Assembly (NCBI GenBank): GCA_963823665.1
Contig: CAWGMQ010000010.1
Location: 1,440,001-1,504,000 of the forward strand
Origin: an uncultured Planctomycetota bacterium
GTDB taxonomy: Bacteria > Planctomycetota > Planctomycetia > Isosphaerales > Isosphaeraceae
Length of the DNA stretch: 64,000 nt
Direction of reading: 5' to 3'
Made by a program: the position numbers and the translations under genes. Below, one piece after another: positions 29,993 through 41,895 of this stretch. Under the pieces are notes generated by a model. The model was not told where the DNA came from. It did no database searches and saw only the letters and a program-made list of their open reading frames with translations. The number at the start of each line of letters is the position of its first letter. Within the stretch, counting starts at the first letter, position 1.

Positions 29993-31563
29993 ATGGGGGC
30001 AGAGAAGCCGCACTCAGAGACTTTGCGCTCTGCGCTCATTCCCCATCGCTGGACCCGTGTTGAAGATCCGGCAAGTGTCTCCGTCGTAGCCTCGCACGAA
30101 ACGGTGATTGCCGGTGGTGGACCCGCCGGGCTCACCGCCGCGTACGAGTTGAGCAAACACGGAAGATCGTGCGTTGTGCTCGAGTCAGATCCACGCATGG
30201 TCGGTGGCATTAGCCGCACGGATCACTACAAAGGATATCGTTTCGATATCGGGGGCCATCGGTTTTTCTCGAAGAGTGACGAGGTCAATCGATTGTGGCG
30301 CGAGGTGCTTGGTGAGGAGCTGCTCACTCGCACTCGGTTGAGTCGCATCTACTATGATCAAAAGTTCTTTCACTACCCGCTCAAGCCGGCTGATGCGCTC
30401 ATGAAACTGGGGTTTGTGCGATCGTGCCGGATCGTGCTGAGTTATCTGCGAGCGAAGATGGCCCCCATCAAGCCGGAGCTGAGCGTAGAAGACTGGGTGG
30501 TGAACCGGTTCGGCCGCGAGCTGTTTGAGACCTTTTTCAAGTCGTACACGGAGAAGGTGTGGGGGATGTCGACCCGCACGATCACCGCCGATTGGGCGGC
30601 TCAGCGCATCAAGGACTTGAACCTCGTCAAGGCGGTGACGTCGGCGCTTTTCGGGCGGTTTCGCCGGCGCGGCACCGTGATCAAGACGCTGATCGAGGAG
30701 TTCTCGTATCCGCGGCTGGGGCCCGGCCAGATGTGGGAAGTGACTCGTGACCGGATCAAAGAGCAGGGGGGGGCCGTGCACCTGGACCGCCGCGTGGTGC
30801 AGGTGGAGCACGACGGGTCGAAGGTCACTGCCCTCGTGGCGCGCGACAGCGAGGGGCGGCTCACACGCTACATGGGCGAGCACTTCCTCTCAACCCTGCC
30901 CATCCGCGACCTGATCCGAGCCATGAGCCCGGCGGCGCCCGAGAACGTGATCCGCGCTGCGGAATCGCTCAAGTATCGCGATTTTCTGACGGTTGTCCTG
31001 ATCGTCGACCGCGCCGAGACGTTTCCCGACAACTGGATCTATATTCATGAGCCGTCGGTCAAGCTCGGCCGCATCCAGAACTTCAAGAACTGGTCGCCGG
31101 ACCTGGTTCCGGACCCGCAGAAAACCAGCCTGGGCCTCGAGTACTTCTGTTTTGAGGGCGACGACCTGTGGACCAGCTCGGATCAGGACTTGATTGCGCT
31201 GGTCGGCGCGAGGTCGACGCGATCGGGCTGGTGGAAGCCAAGGACGTTTCCGATGGGTGCGTGGTGCGGATGCCCAAGGCATACCCGGTCTACGACGAGG
31301 AGTACCTGGGGCACCTTGCCACGATTCGCGGCTGGCTGGCCAAACTTCCCAATCTCGAGCTTGCCGGGCGTAACGGCATGCATAAATATAACAATCAAGA
31401 TCATTCGATGATGACGGCTCTGCTGGCCGCCCGCAACATCCTGGGGATTGGAAAGTTTGACACCTGGAAAGTGAACACCGACGCCCAATATCACGAAACG
31501 GATAGTCCCGAGAGTTGTCAGAAAGCAGGGCGGGCGGTGCCAGAGCGGATCAGTGTGGCTTAA
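29993..31563 (+). CDS. FAD-dependent oxidoreductase, protoporphyrinogen oxidase / UDP-galactopyranose mutase-like (frameshift near 31200)
   Basis: GGGPAGLTAAY, FDIGGHRFFSK, KSYTEKVWG; C-terminus GRNGMHKYNNQDHSM in ORF 31168-31563. Confidence 0.9.
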
Positions 31564-31615
31564 GGGGTGCGCCACGCGCGCGATCCGAGCAGGCTCGTTC
31601 CAGGTGCCTTGACCG

Positions 31616-32949
31616 ATGAAACGAAACAAGAGCGGACGACGGCGATCGCTCGGCCTCTCGTGCGCTCTGGAAATGCTCGACCCGCGAGTCTTGCCCAGCG
31701 GGTCATCTGCTGTTTCGTCGCTGCTGGCGAATCCAATCGGTTATCGGGCGGTCGCGCCTAATCGCCCGGTCATGCCCTTTTCGACTCCGCCCAAGAAGGC
31801 GACGTATATCGACCCCACCGTTTCGATCGAGAATGGCAATTCCGTTATCGTCGGCTACCAGTGTTTCATCGGGCCGTACGCTAATTTGAACGGCGGCGGC
31901 GGGGCGATCAAGATCGGCAACAGCTCGAGCGTGCTCGATAACGCGATCATCCGTGCCAACCACGGTTTTGCCGGCAAGAAAACCGAGATCCTGATCGGCA
32001 ACGAGGTCGTGATTGGATTCAACGCCAAGGTCTACGGGCCGAGCGTGATCGGGGCGTATGGATCTGCAAACCAGCCCACGTCGATCGGGCCGGGGGCGTT
32101 CATCGATGGTGCTACCATCGAGCCCGGCGCGATCGTCAGCCCGCGGCGCGGGTCGGGCCCGGCGTGACTGTTCCGTCCGGCTATATGGTCCTTCCCGGCG
32201 TGAACGTGACCAGTAACGAAGAAGCTTCCAACCCCAAGCTGGGCCTGGTGGTCAAAACGACCTCGAGCGAGATCGCGACGATCAAGTCGACCATTTCAGA
32301 TAATGTTGCGCTCGCGAATGGATATCTTACACTATATGAGGGCAATTCGGCGACGGGTGCCAGCCAGGGGGTGAGCACCGCGATCAGCGGTGTCTTCAGC
32401 GGCAATCTCTCGACGATCACCGGCGCCAACCTGCAGCCTGGCCCGACAACCGCCTCGTTTGAACCGGCCAAGACCGGTCCTCAGTTCCTGACGCCGAACC
32501 GGGGATTGGTCGGCGTGGTGCTACCGAACTTCTCGTCACGGCTGACGGGCGGGGTCATGATCAGCATGAGGGCCTGGCAGGCGGCACTGCACATGGGGAG
32601 AGCCAACGCGTATCGCGGCGATCAAGGTCAGCCGATCGCAATCGGCTCGATTGCCCACACCGGCGCGCACGTGTCGATCAACTCGCCGGTAAGCGGCACA
32701 CTCACGATCGGCGAAGACCTCCGGACCGGCTCGAACGTGGTGATCTTGAGCGGGAACAAGGTGAACGCTGAGATCGGTGATCGAGTCACGATCGATTCGG
32801 CCGCGGTCGTCATGCAGACCTCGATCGGCTCAGACTCGACGGTGGGCAAGGGAGCGGTCCTCGAGAATTCGACATTTCCCGCCCACACCGTCATTCCGCC
32901 GAATGCAATTTATGTGAACAATAAATTTATGGGATATGTTCAGTGGTGA
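31616..32949 (+). CDS. Exported left-handed beta-helix (hexapeptide repeat, gamma-carbonic-anhydrase-like) protein (frameshift near 32145)
   Basis: LEMLDPRVLPS planctomycete export-like signal; hexapeptide repeats in both halves. Confidence 0.75.
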
Positions 32950-32959
32950 GCAACTGAGG

Positions 32960-33077
32960 CGGCCCGGAGACCTTCGGTCCCGAAGACGGCGGGGTCAGAG
33001 ACCCGCGCCCAACCCGGACGCACTTTCGCGGAGCGAAAGGCGACACTGGGGCGGGGTCTGGAGACCCGCGCCCGAAC
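32960..33077. repeat. Composite REP/BIME-like element between convergent genes
   Basis: ggcggggtc..agacccgcgccc twice, flanking the 29-bp palindrome also at 3697-3725. Confidence 0.75.
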
Positions 33078-33079
33078 GA

Positions 33080-35222
33080 TCAGAAGAAGAGCTGAAACCT
33101 CAGCCAGTAGATATCGGCGGTCGAGGCGAATTTGTCGGGCCCCATCGTGACCAGGTTGCCGAAGCCGGCATGCTGCCAGTCGAGCTGGATCTTGACGTAA
33201 AAGTTCAGGTACCAGTTGGCCCCCACGTCGGTCGCCCAGACGTGATTGGTATAGATCGACGGGTCCGCGAAGCCCCCAGTGAAGATGTTCTGGCCCAGAC
33301 TCATCGTGCTGTATCTGGCTTGAAGCTCGACGGCGCCCGGGCGGAACTCACCCCCTCTGAACCAGTCGAAGTTGAAGTCTTGCCGCGGCTGAAGCACACT
33401 GACGCGGCGGGTCAGCTCTTCACCCGTCAGCATGTAAGAAGCCTGAACGAACCAGCCGTTATAATTGACGGGTGTGGAATACTTGCTGCCCGAGAAGCCG
33501 TATCCCGCCCGCCCGCCTCCGTACTCCGCCATCAGGAATAAACTTTTGTAGAACCAAACGGCATGCGCACCCCATTGCACTCGCTCGCCTTGTTCGATGA
33601 CGTTCTTGTTCAAACCAAGAAAGGTCGGCGACACTTGCTGGGCGCCGGTGCCACCGGTCTGGTCGTTGGCTGTCTCGAAATAGGTGGGCTGTGTGGGGGT
33701 GTTGGCTTCGTAGCCCGCATCCCATGAACCGCCCAGATTCAGGTAGCGCAGGGCAGGGACCATCGTCGTGGTGAGGAACGGGCGGGTTGTAACGGTTCCG
33801 ATCCAATCCCTCGAGCTGTCGAAAGCCCCGAACGAATTGCGCGGACCGTTGTAAATGCCGGTCGCGTAGCTCAGCCGATCTTCGAAGAGATTGCCGAGAA
33901 ACAGCATTCCGATCTGGCGATTGAGCCCCATGTTGTTGGCGTAGATCGACCGTTCGGGGGCAACCAGGTCGCCTTCAGCGATCGAAAAGTATTCGTAGAG
34001 ATAAGGGGTCTTCATCCTGCCGACGCGAAGTCGCAACCGGTCGTCGATTCGAAGGGAAATGAAGGCGTCGAGCAGGTCGAGCGTCCCGTATCCACGGTTG
34101 ATCACCGTGTAGTAACCGACGTTTTTGGTGAGATTTCCGGTGAAATACCAGCGTTCCCTGGGAATGAAGAACTCGGACTGGAGGATGCCCTGGTTCTTGG
34201 TCGGGAAGCCCCGATAGTCGACCTGCGTGAGGTTGTGGAACTGAATCGAATACTCGTCGTCGTCGGTTTTGAACTCGAGCCCCTCGCCGAACCGGACCAC
34301 CGCCCGATGGACCGGCGGGCCCGAGTCGGGTTTGTAGACCCAGATTTCGCCGTCGGCCCCGGTGAGCCCCGGACGCGACGGCTGCTGCGTCGGGCTGACG
34401 CGGCCGCCAGTCCCTTCGGCACCGACGCCGATGCGGTTCGCCCCGAAGCCGCCGAATCCTTCCTCCATTCCACCTGCGCGGCCGCTCGGGCCTTGAGTGC
34501 CCGCTCCCGCGCCTGCACGCGCCGGGCGGGGTCTGGTCAGGCAAGGCTTCCGGCAAGTCCGGTCCGCTCGGCTGGCCGCCGCGGCCGAGGCGCCCCTGGG
34601 CACCAACGCCGCTCTGTTGCATAAGGGTGATCCGTGGGGGAGCATCGCCTGCCTCGTTTTCCAGTCCCAGAAATCGGGCGAGATCAGGCGATACCAGCAC
34701 GTCGTCCGGCGCTTTCTCAGATGGCTTGCTCTTCGGGTCCTTCTCGACCGACGGGCGCAACGACTTCGACAGGTCCTGATATTCACGCAAAAGGTTGCTG
34801 TACTGTTCTTGAATCCGCCGGTTGCTCTCCTCCATGCGCAAGTAGGCTTCTTCCATGCGCCTGAGTCGCTCGTCAACGGAAACCTCGGTTGAGCTCGCCG
34901 GTTTGGGACTTCCGGTCGGGGCGCTCGCAGCGCGCGCGATCTTGGGTGGTTCGACTGCTGGTGCTCGCGCGCCATCGACCAAAGCACCAGGCTTCGGCCC
35001 CACATTGGGTCTGGCCGTCAAAGACTTCGGCGCGCTCGCCGGTTCGTTGGGCTCGGCGCCCTTCGCGCGCGAGACGTCTGAAACAGGCTTCGGAGAGGGC
35101 TGGGTCTCTCCCGAGGAAGGGGGAGTTTGCGCGAAGCCGATGGCTGTCGCGCCGCCTGCAAGTGCAGTGAGAATGACGAGCCGAGCTGCGACCCGGAGAG
35201 CCCTTTCTCGTCCCAGTTTCAT
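33080..35222 (-). CDS. OprO/OprP-like porin (frameshifted N-terminal part)
   Basis: Signal and coiled coil in ORF 33975-35222; barrel in ORF 33080-35005 (LLDAF..RVGRMKTPY.YE, GANWYLN, C-terminal RFQLFF). Confidence 0.85.
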
Positions 35223-35437
35223 CCCGCTACCTTTCCGTAACAGCCCATGCGGGCCGGCGCCTCAGATCCATGAAGGAAGGCGAGGTCGGTTTGCTTGGCG
35301 GGTGCTTCGCGCGCGTAGCACGCCATGATCTCTCATCGAAGATCGAGACAAGCAGACTTTAGCGAGAGTGCCGATTTCAACGACCGAGCCACACTCACGC
35401 ACGCAATCAGCTTCAGGTGGGGGCTGTAGGCAACCTT

Positions 35438-35604
35438 GACCCAGTGCCTGGGCGCGCGCGATTTTGGACAGGGTGCCTGGGCGCGCGATAGTGGGTTTCG
35501 TGAATCGTCAGGCTAAAGCCTGACCGACCCAGTGCCTGGGCGGGCGCGATAGTCGGTTTCGTGAATCGTCAGGCCGAAGCCTGACCTACCAGTGCCAGGG
35601 CGCA
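35438..35604. repeat. Tandem ~60-bp REP-like repeats
   Basis: gtgcc(t/a)gggcg four times; gcgcgatagt.ggtttcgtgaatcgtcaggc..aagcctgacc twice, with hairpin gtcaggc/gcctgac. Confidence 0.8.
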
Positions 35605-35614
35605 CGTTTGTCGA

Positions 35615-35977
35615 TCAAAACTTCTTGAGGGCCGCGGCCTCGTCGGGGAAGATCTCGAAGATCTTGTCGAAATTGCTGACCCGGAAGGCGTCCATGATCA
35701 CCGGGCGCAGGCAGCAGAGCCGGATCTTGCCTTTGACTTTCTGAATTTCCCGGTGCAGCTTGACCAGATGTGCGAGCATCGCACTGGAGACAAACCGCGC
35801 GTTGGTCATGTTCAGCAACAGCTTCGTGTATTTCTTGGAGTCGACCAGATCCATCAGCTCGTTGCCGACATCGCGAACCTTGTCGCCGTCGAACATCGAC
35901 ACGGTTTCCAGGAAGTTGACGACAGCGGCACCGTCGACGTTCTTATAGGTGATGTACTGATACTCAGCCATAGACAT
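35615..35977 (-). CDS. STAS domain anti-sigma factor antagonist
   Basis: LLLNM....FVSSAMLAHLV.L...GKIRLC...F.IFPDE. Confidence 0.9.
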   Translation of the reverse strand: MSMAEYQYITYKNVDGAAVVNFLETVSMFDGDKVRDVGNELMDLVDSKKYTKLLLNMTNARFVSSAMLAHLVKLHREIQKVKGKIRLCCLRPVIMDAFRVSNFDKIFEIFPDEAAALKKF

Positions 35978-36215
35978 TCCAGTAGCTCCTCCTCACCAGG
36001 ATTCATCATCGCGACAGACATGATACCGAAATGCTCGGTTATTTTCGCCCCTCTGGTGGGGATCGGGCCTTCCTTCCACTTGATTGACGTCCTTGGAAGA
36101 TACTCCTAACATCAGAAGTAGCCGGAGTCTTCGATGCCGTCACGGCCTTCGCTCTTCCGCTGGGCAGGCATTTTTCAAGACCGCGAGCACGATTGCTTGA
36201 AGAGAGGATGACAGA

Positions 36216-37698
36216 ATGTCGCCGCACCAAATGGCGTCGGCCCAGGTCGTCAAACCCTTGCCGCAGCCCGAGTTGGGGAGCAGGGCAAAGAGTGTGCATG
36301 CGGGCTCCAGGTGGATGCGGATCATCCTGGTAGTCACCGTGCTGCTGGCCGCCGGAGGCGGGGGGGCTTACCTGCTCGCCTTCGCCAAGGGGCAGGACGG
36401 CAAGCGTGCCGAGGCGAGGCCCGTCGAAGGTGGCTCCGAATCGACTGCGGGAGAGCCGAGGGTGCAGGTGGTCAAGCCCGAGCGTGGCGGAATGGAGCGC
36501 ACCACCAGCCAGCCGGGCACGATTCGCGCGTTCGAATATGCCGAGCTTTTCGCCAAGGTCTCGGGCTTCGTGAAGACGCTCAATGTCGACCGCGGCAGCC
36601 GGGTCAAGAAGGGCGATCTGCTAGCGGCAATTTACGATCCGGAGCGAGACGTTGCCGTCGAGCAAGCCAAGGCGGCACTCGAGCACGCCCATGCCGAGGT
36701 CGCTCAGGCCGAGTCCACCATCCTCACGGCGCAGGCTGCTGTACTGGCCGCCCGGGCACAACAGAACGAGGCGAAGGCGGTTCTCAAGCAACGGACGGCT
36801 GAGCGCGACTATCGGAAGAAGCAGTACATCCGATTCACCGAGCTCGTCAGGAAGGGCGATATCGAGGAGCGTGTGGCCGACGAACAGCACGATAACTACC
36901 TTTCGGCCGAAGGAGCGGTTGATTCCGCGGAGGCCGGAATCGAGACCGCCGCCGCCCAGTTCGCCGAGGCGACCGCCGCGGTCGAAAAATCCAGGGCCGA
37001 CCTCAAGGCCGCGGAAGCCAAAGTCAGGGTGAGCACGGCCAACGTTGATATGGCCAAAGTCTTCGTCCAGTACACCAAGATCCTCGCACCGTACGACGGC
37101 GTGGTTACCCAACGCGGTGATTCGGTCCATCCCGGCACGTTCATCCGCTCGGCATCCGAAGGGACGAGCACCCCCTTGCTCACCGTCGCCCGCGACGACA
37201 AGATGCGCACCATCGTGCTGGTGCCTGACCGCGACGTGCCCTATTGCGAGGTCGGCGACCCAGCCACCGTGCAGCTCGACGCCTTGGCCGGCAGAGTATT
37301 CAAGGCCAAGGTCAGCCGGATCGCGGAATCGGAAGACCTCAAGGACCGCACCATGCGCGTCGAAATCGACCTCGAGAATGCGGATCGCGCTCTGATGGAC
37401 GGCATGTTCGGCCGCGCCGAGATTCTGCTCGAGAAGCTGATCAAGAAGTCTGTCCATTCCCTCCTCGTGCCTCGTTCAGCGCAACGGAAGAGGCGAGGCG
37501 GCCGTCTTCGTCGTGAAAGACGGCGGACTGCACCGGGTTCCCATCCACGTCGGCCTGGATAACGGACTGCGCGTTGAGGTCACCTCCGGGCTGACCGAGA
37601 CGGATCAAGTCGTCCTGCGGCCTGACGCCTCGATCCCTGACGGGACAAAAGTCCGGGCCGAGGCGGTGAAAAACCCCTCGGCGAATGGAAATGAATGA
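36216..37698 (+). CDS. RND efflux periplasmic adaptor (MFP) subunit (frameshift near 37447)
   Basis: AKVSGFVK..VDRGSRVKKGDLL, coiled hairpin, APYDGVVT, RTMRVEIDL; tail in ORF 37513-37698. Confidence 0.9.
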
Positions 37699-37800
37699 CG
37701 ATCGCGCTGATGATATCGAGACGCGCGGCCCATCCAGCCGATCATAGAACGAGGAGGTCAGGTACGCGCCGGCGAATGATTGGCGCATGGAGGAAGCGGG

Positions 37801-38742
37801 ATGGCTTCGAGACCGGGACGCGGCCTTGCCCTGCGACTTGAGTCGCTCGAGCCCCGGCTGCAGTTAAGCGAGACGGTTCCTGCAAACTCGATCGGCACGA
37901 GCGAAGGAACTGTGCTCGAGCCAGGCGGCGTGGGCGCCGCGAGTGTAACCGTTGCCGCCAGGAACCTCACCGCCGGCAAGCCATCGACGCTCTTCGGCAT
38001 TTTCGTCGCACCGGCATCGGGAAGTGGTCTGGCCCCGCGCATCGTGGGCGTGAAGGAGAGCGACGGGCGCTCACTTTCGATCAAGCAGGGTCGTCCGTTC
38101 GTGGCCGGCCGCGGCGATGGGCAGGCAGCCGCGTTTGTGAAGGTGAACCAGGCAGGTCCGCTGACAGTGCTCGTCAGTGGCGCACGCCATTCCACCGGCA
38201 CCTACACCCTCGATGTCACACTGGCGGGGGATGTCAACGGTGACGGAACAGTCAATCTGGCCGATCTGGCTCCCTTCGCCGAAGCTTACCTTTCCAGCGC
38301 CGGCGGCAAGGATTACAACGCCGCGGCCGACTTCAATCAGGACGGCATCGTGAACCAGATCGACGCCAAGGCGCTTGAACAGAACATGCCTCCCTATAAG
38401 GCTCATCCGCTCAACCTGGACATGAATCTCAGTCCCGCCGATCAGGCTCATTACAAGACGCCGCAGAACTCCGGGGGCGCCACATCAAAGCAGGATGTCA
38501 CGATCGTGGGCCGCACGCTGCCGGGGAGCATCGTGATTCAGGACGGCACCACGGGCTACTACAAATGGGTCGGGCCCGCCTACGCCACCAATTCCAACGG
38601 TTACTTCACCGCACCTGAAGAGCTCACGGAAGGCATCAACACATTCAACTTTCTGATCATCGCTCCCTCGGGCCAGCAGCTCATTCGCACATTTCCGATC
38701 TTCTGGCTGCCATTCGCTGCGCCGGGCTCAAAGCTGAAGTAG
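37801..38742 (+). CDS. Exported dockerin type I / EF-hand protein
   Basis: LESLEPRLQLS signal; GDVNGDGTVNLADL...DFNQDGIVNQID. Confidence 0.85.
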   Translation: MASRPGRGLALRLESLEPRLQLSETVPANSIGTSEGTVLEPGGVGAASVTVAARNLTAGKPSTLFGIFVAPASGSGLAPRIVGVKESDGRSLSIKQGRPFVAGRGDGQAAAFVKVNQAGPLTVLVSGARHSTGTYTLDVTLAGDVNGDGTVNLADLAPFAEAYLSSAGGKDYNAAADFNQDGIVNQIDAKALEQNMPPYKAHPLNLDMNLSPADQAHYKTPQNSGGATSKQDVTIVGRTLPGSIVIQDGTTGYYKWVGPAYATNSNGYFTAPEELTEGINTFNFLIIAPSGQQLIRTFPIFWLPFAAPGSKLK

Positions 38743-40515
38743 TGGCAGCTTTGCAAACAGGTCAGCCAGCGCGGTCCTGTAGTTCTTCCAGCGCGCGACA
38801 GACCCGGAATAGATCGGCTGTCGGACCTGCACGACGCTTGCGGTTCGGATCGGCCTCTGGGTACGGTAGAACTCCAGGCAGGAAGGCTCCCATTCCAGGC
38901 CGCATGCCGACACCAGCCGGCGAGCCACCCCCTCCAGGTCAGCGACCGTCTCCTCATAGTCGACTTCGTGCATCGGCACCGGCAAGACGGCCCGCCAGTG
39001 GTCCATGAGCCGGCGATATTGCTGGAATCGAGTGGCGATGTGCTCGACTTCATTCGCCCAGCCGATCATCCCGAAGTCAGTCATCCAGCACGAAACGGCG
39101 ACGTCGCGCAGGTCGCGCCGGCAATGGATGAAGGTCGCCTTCGGGAAGAGTGTGGCCAGGAAGCCGAGGTGCAGGTAATTGTCCGGCATCTTATCCACAA
39201 CTCGTTCGGCCATTCCGTCGTCGAACATGGACAGCCATTGCAAGTGTTGGTCAGCGATGCGGTGGATTCTCGCCGCGTCGAGGTGCGGAATGCGCTCGAG
39301 CGGCGACTCGGTGCGGCCCACCATGCTTGGAATGGCGTTGACCGATTGCTGAGTCGGCCGGGGCTCGCCAGCGCCGTGGACGCGCGAATGACTGGATAGC
39401 ACCTGCTCGATCAGTGTGGTCCCCGAGCGCGGCAGACCAAAGACGAACACCGGCCGCTGCGTTGCCAGACCTAAACCGGCCACCCTTTTGAAAAAGTCGC
39501 AGCCAAAAGCCTCGACCAGCCGTTCGACGAAGGACACATGATCCTCTGTAGCAAAGTCCCAGCGGCTTCGGGCTTTTCCCGCGGCCAGTGCGTTCGCCTC
39601 GAGCAGACACGACGCGGCGCGGCCGTACTCACCGCGCGCGTCGAGGACATGAGCGAGACCGAACAAGAGCCTGGCGCGGGGCTTCTTGCCCAACTGTGGG
39701 TCGTCCAGTCTCTGCTCGACTGCGGCGCGATCCTCGTCCGGCAGATTGCCTCGGAGAAGCGTCGCGAGTCGAGCGTGTGCCAGCGGAAACCCGGGCTGGA
39801 GGCGCAAAGCGGTGCGAAATGCGGCCTCGGCTTCGGCCAGCTCACCCCGCACCTCGTGGAGCGCGCCGAAGTGCTGGTGGACGGCCGCGGAATCTGGCTG
39901 TAGCCGATGCGCAGCGCGGAAATGCTCTCCGGCCTCGCCCGGCCGACCATCTTGTAACAGCGCTGCGGCCAGCGAAAGGTGGTGGGGCGGCAGATCGTCC
40001 GTTGCCAGGTCGAGCGCACGCTCCAGAATGGGCACAGCCTGGGCGGGCTCACCCCATTCCACGTAAAGGTCGCCCAGGAGTTTCTGGAAGCTGGCGTTCT
40101 CCGGCTCGAGCTCGACGGCCTGCTTGAGCCACGGCAAGGCATCGCCGAGGTGTCCCTCGCGCTGTAAGGTCACGCCGAGACGGGCGTGGGCGTGGGCCAA
40201 GTCGGGATCCAGCCGGAGGGCATCCAGAAAGGCGGCGCGAGCGTCGACCCATCGGCCGAGCGCTTCGAGCGCGTTTCCCAGGTTATGGTGCACGGCAGGC
40301 AGGTCGGGCTGCAGCCGGGCTGCTTCCTGAAAGTGCAGCAAAGCTTGCGCCGGTTGGCCGCGGTCCAGGAGCATCTGGCCCAGGTTGTTGAGCGCCGGCG
40401 CGAAGCTTGAATCCAGCTCGACGGCGCGGCGAAAGTGTTCCAGGGCCTCGTCGAGCTGTCCGAGCTCTCGCAGCACAATGCCCAGGTTATTGTGGAACGG
40501 CGCGAAGTCGGGTCG
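38728..40515 (-). CDS. TPR-repeat sulfotransferase (5'-truncated)
   Basis: 34-aa TPRs, GLPRSGTTLIEQ PAPS motif, DKMP.N, RTAS..QVRQPIY; homology stops mid-TPR at about 40515. Confidence 0.85.
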   Translation of the reverse strand, partial: RPDFAPFHNNLGIVLRELGQLDEALEHFRRAVELDSSFAPALNNLGQMLLDRGQPAQALLHFQEAARLQPDLPAVHHNLGNALEALGRWVDARAAFLDALRLDPDLAHAHARLGVTLQREGHLGDALPWLKQAVELEPENASFQKLLGDLYVEWGEPAQAVPILERALDLATDDLPPHHLSLAAALLQDGRPGEAGEHFRAAHRLQPDSAAVHQHFGALHEVRGELAEAEAAFRTALRLQPGFPLAHARLATLLRGNLPDEDRAAVEQRLDDPQLGKKPRARLLFGLAHVLDARGEYGRAASCLLEANALAAGKARSRWDFATEDHVSFVERLVEAFGCDFFKRVAGLGLATQRPVFVFGLPRSGTTLIEQVLSSHSRVHGAGEPRPTQQSVNAIPSMVGRTESPLERIPHLDAARIHRIADQHLQWLSMFDDGMAERVVDKMPDNYLHLGFLATLFPKATFIHCRRDLRDVAVSCWMTDFGMIGWANEVEHIATRFQQYRRLMDHWRAVLPVPMHEVDYEETVADLEGVARRLVSACGLEWEPSCLEFYRTQRPIRTASVVQVRQPIYSGSVARWKNYRTALADLFAKLPLLQL

Positions 40516-41895
40516 TACTCGCGGCCCTGCTCTGGAGTCGCCGGCCCCTCTCGCTAGCCCAGCTCGAGGCGCTCGAGCTGGTCATGATCGTGCTGCTGGC
40601 AACTCTGGTCTGCGCCGCCCAGTACCAGTTGATGCTCATATATTCGTTGCGTGAAGATCCATTGGGGGCGCTGATGGTGATGAGGAATGTGGTGCTCAGA
40701 ATCTCGATCATGATCCTCACCTGTGCCCTCTACGTTCCCAAGAGCTGGCGCAGCGCCGCTTTTGTAACGAACTCACTGGCTGTGCTCCCATTCGCGACCC
40801 TTCTGGTGCTGTATCTGCGGAATCCTGAGGCGATTGGCTGGCTGGAACGGGGATGGATGAACCAGAGGACGACCCCGCTGGCGCTGTTCAGCTTCGATGC
40901 GATGGTCCTCTTGGTCTTGGCCATCGGTTCGACGTACGGCGCCGGCACGATGTTCCGCCTGCGCCGGCAGGTCGCCCTGGCGCGGCAGCTCGGCCAGTAT
41001 CGGCTCTGTCGCCGGCTCGGAGCCGGCGGGATGGGCGATGTCTACCTGGCCGAGCATCAGCTCCTGAAGCGCCCGTGCGCCCTCAAGCTGATCCGCCCGG
41101 ACCACCAGGCTGATCCGAAGTCCCTGGAGCGGTTTGAGCGCGAGGTCCGACTGACGGCCACGCTCTCACACCCCAATACCGTTGAGATCTTCGATTACGG
41201 CCGGACCGAGGAGGGGACCTACTACTACGTCATGGAATACCTGCCGGGCCTGAGCCTGGCGGAGTTGGTCGGGCGCTACGGCCCCTTGCCGCCGGCGCGG
41301 GCGGTGTACTTGTTGCGGCAAGTCTGCCTGGCGCTGCGCAAGGCGCACAACTCGGGCCTGATTCATCGCGACGTCAAACCGTCCAACATCTTCGCGGCTC
41401 GACGCGGCGGGACGGATGACGTGGCCAAGCTGCTCGACTTCGGCTTGGTCCTGCCCGTAGCGGCAGGGTCGCACACTCCATTTGTCTGGCGAAGACAAAG
41501 TCATCGGCACGCCGCATTTCATGTCGCCGGAGCAGGTGTTGAACGGCCACGAGCTCGACGAGCGCAGCGACATTTACTCGCTGGGAACGGTCGCCTATTA
41601 CCTGCTCACCGGGCGCCCACCGTACGACAGGGGCGGCGGGATCGCGGCAATGATCGCGCACGCCCGCGACCCCGTCGTGCCCCCGTCGCCCGTCCGCGCG
41701 AGCATCCCCCAGGACCTCGAGCGCGTCGCGTTGCGGTGCCTGGCCAAGGAACCGGCTGATCGGTACCAGGATGCACTGAGCCTGGAGCGAGCCCTCGGCG
41801 AGTGCGTCTGCGCCGGCGAATGGAACCAGGATCGTGCTTCAGCGTGGTGGCGCGACGCAGAGGGGGCTGGGCGATGTGGCTCGGCAGCGCTCTGA
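40512..41895 (+). CDS. Membrane Ser/Thr protein kinase (5'-truncated; frameshift near 41480)
   Basis: TM helices, LGAGGMGDVY, ALKLI, HRDVKPSN, DFGL; GTPHFMSPEQ in ORF 41482-41895. Confidence 0.85.

Noticed and set aside
35438..35604. Possible CRISPR array
   Set aside because: The sequences between repeats are themselves repeated, there are few units and no cas genes; REP-like instead
41606..41895. Real 290-bp overlap between the TolC and kinase genes
   Set aside because: The TolC extension beyond LWVALG has no family features; the stop was probably lost to an indel
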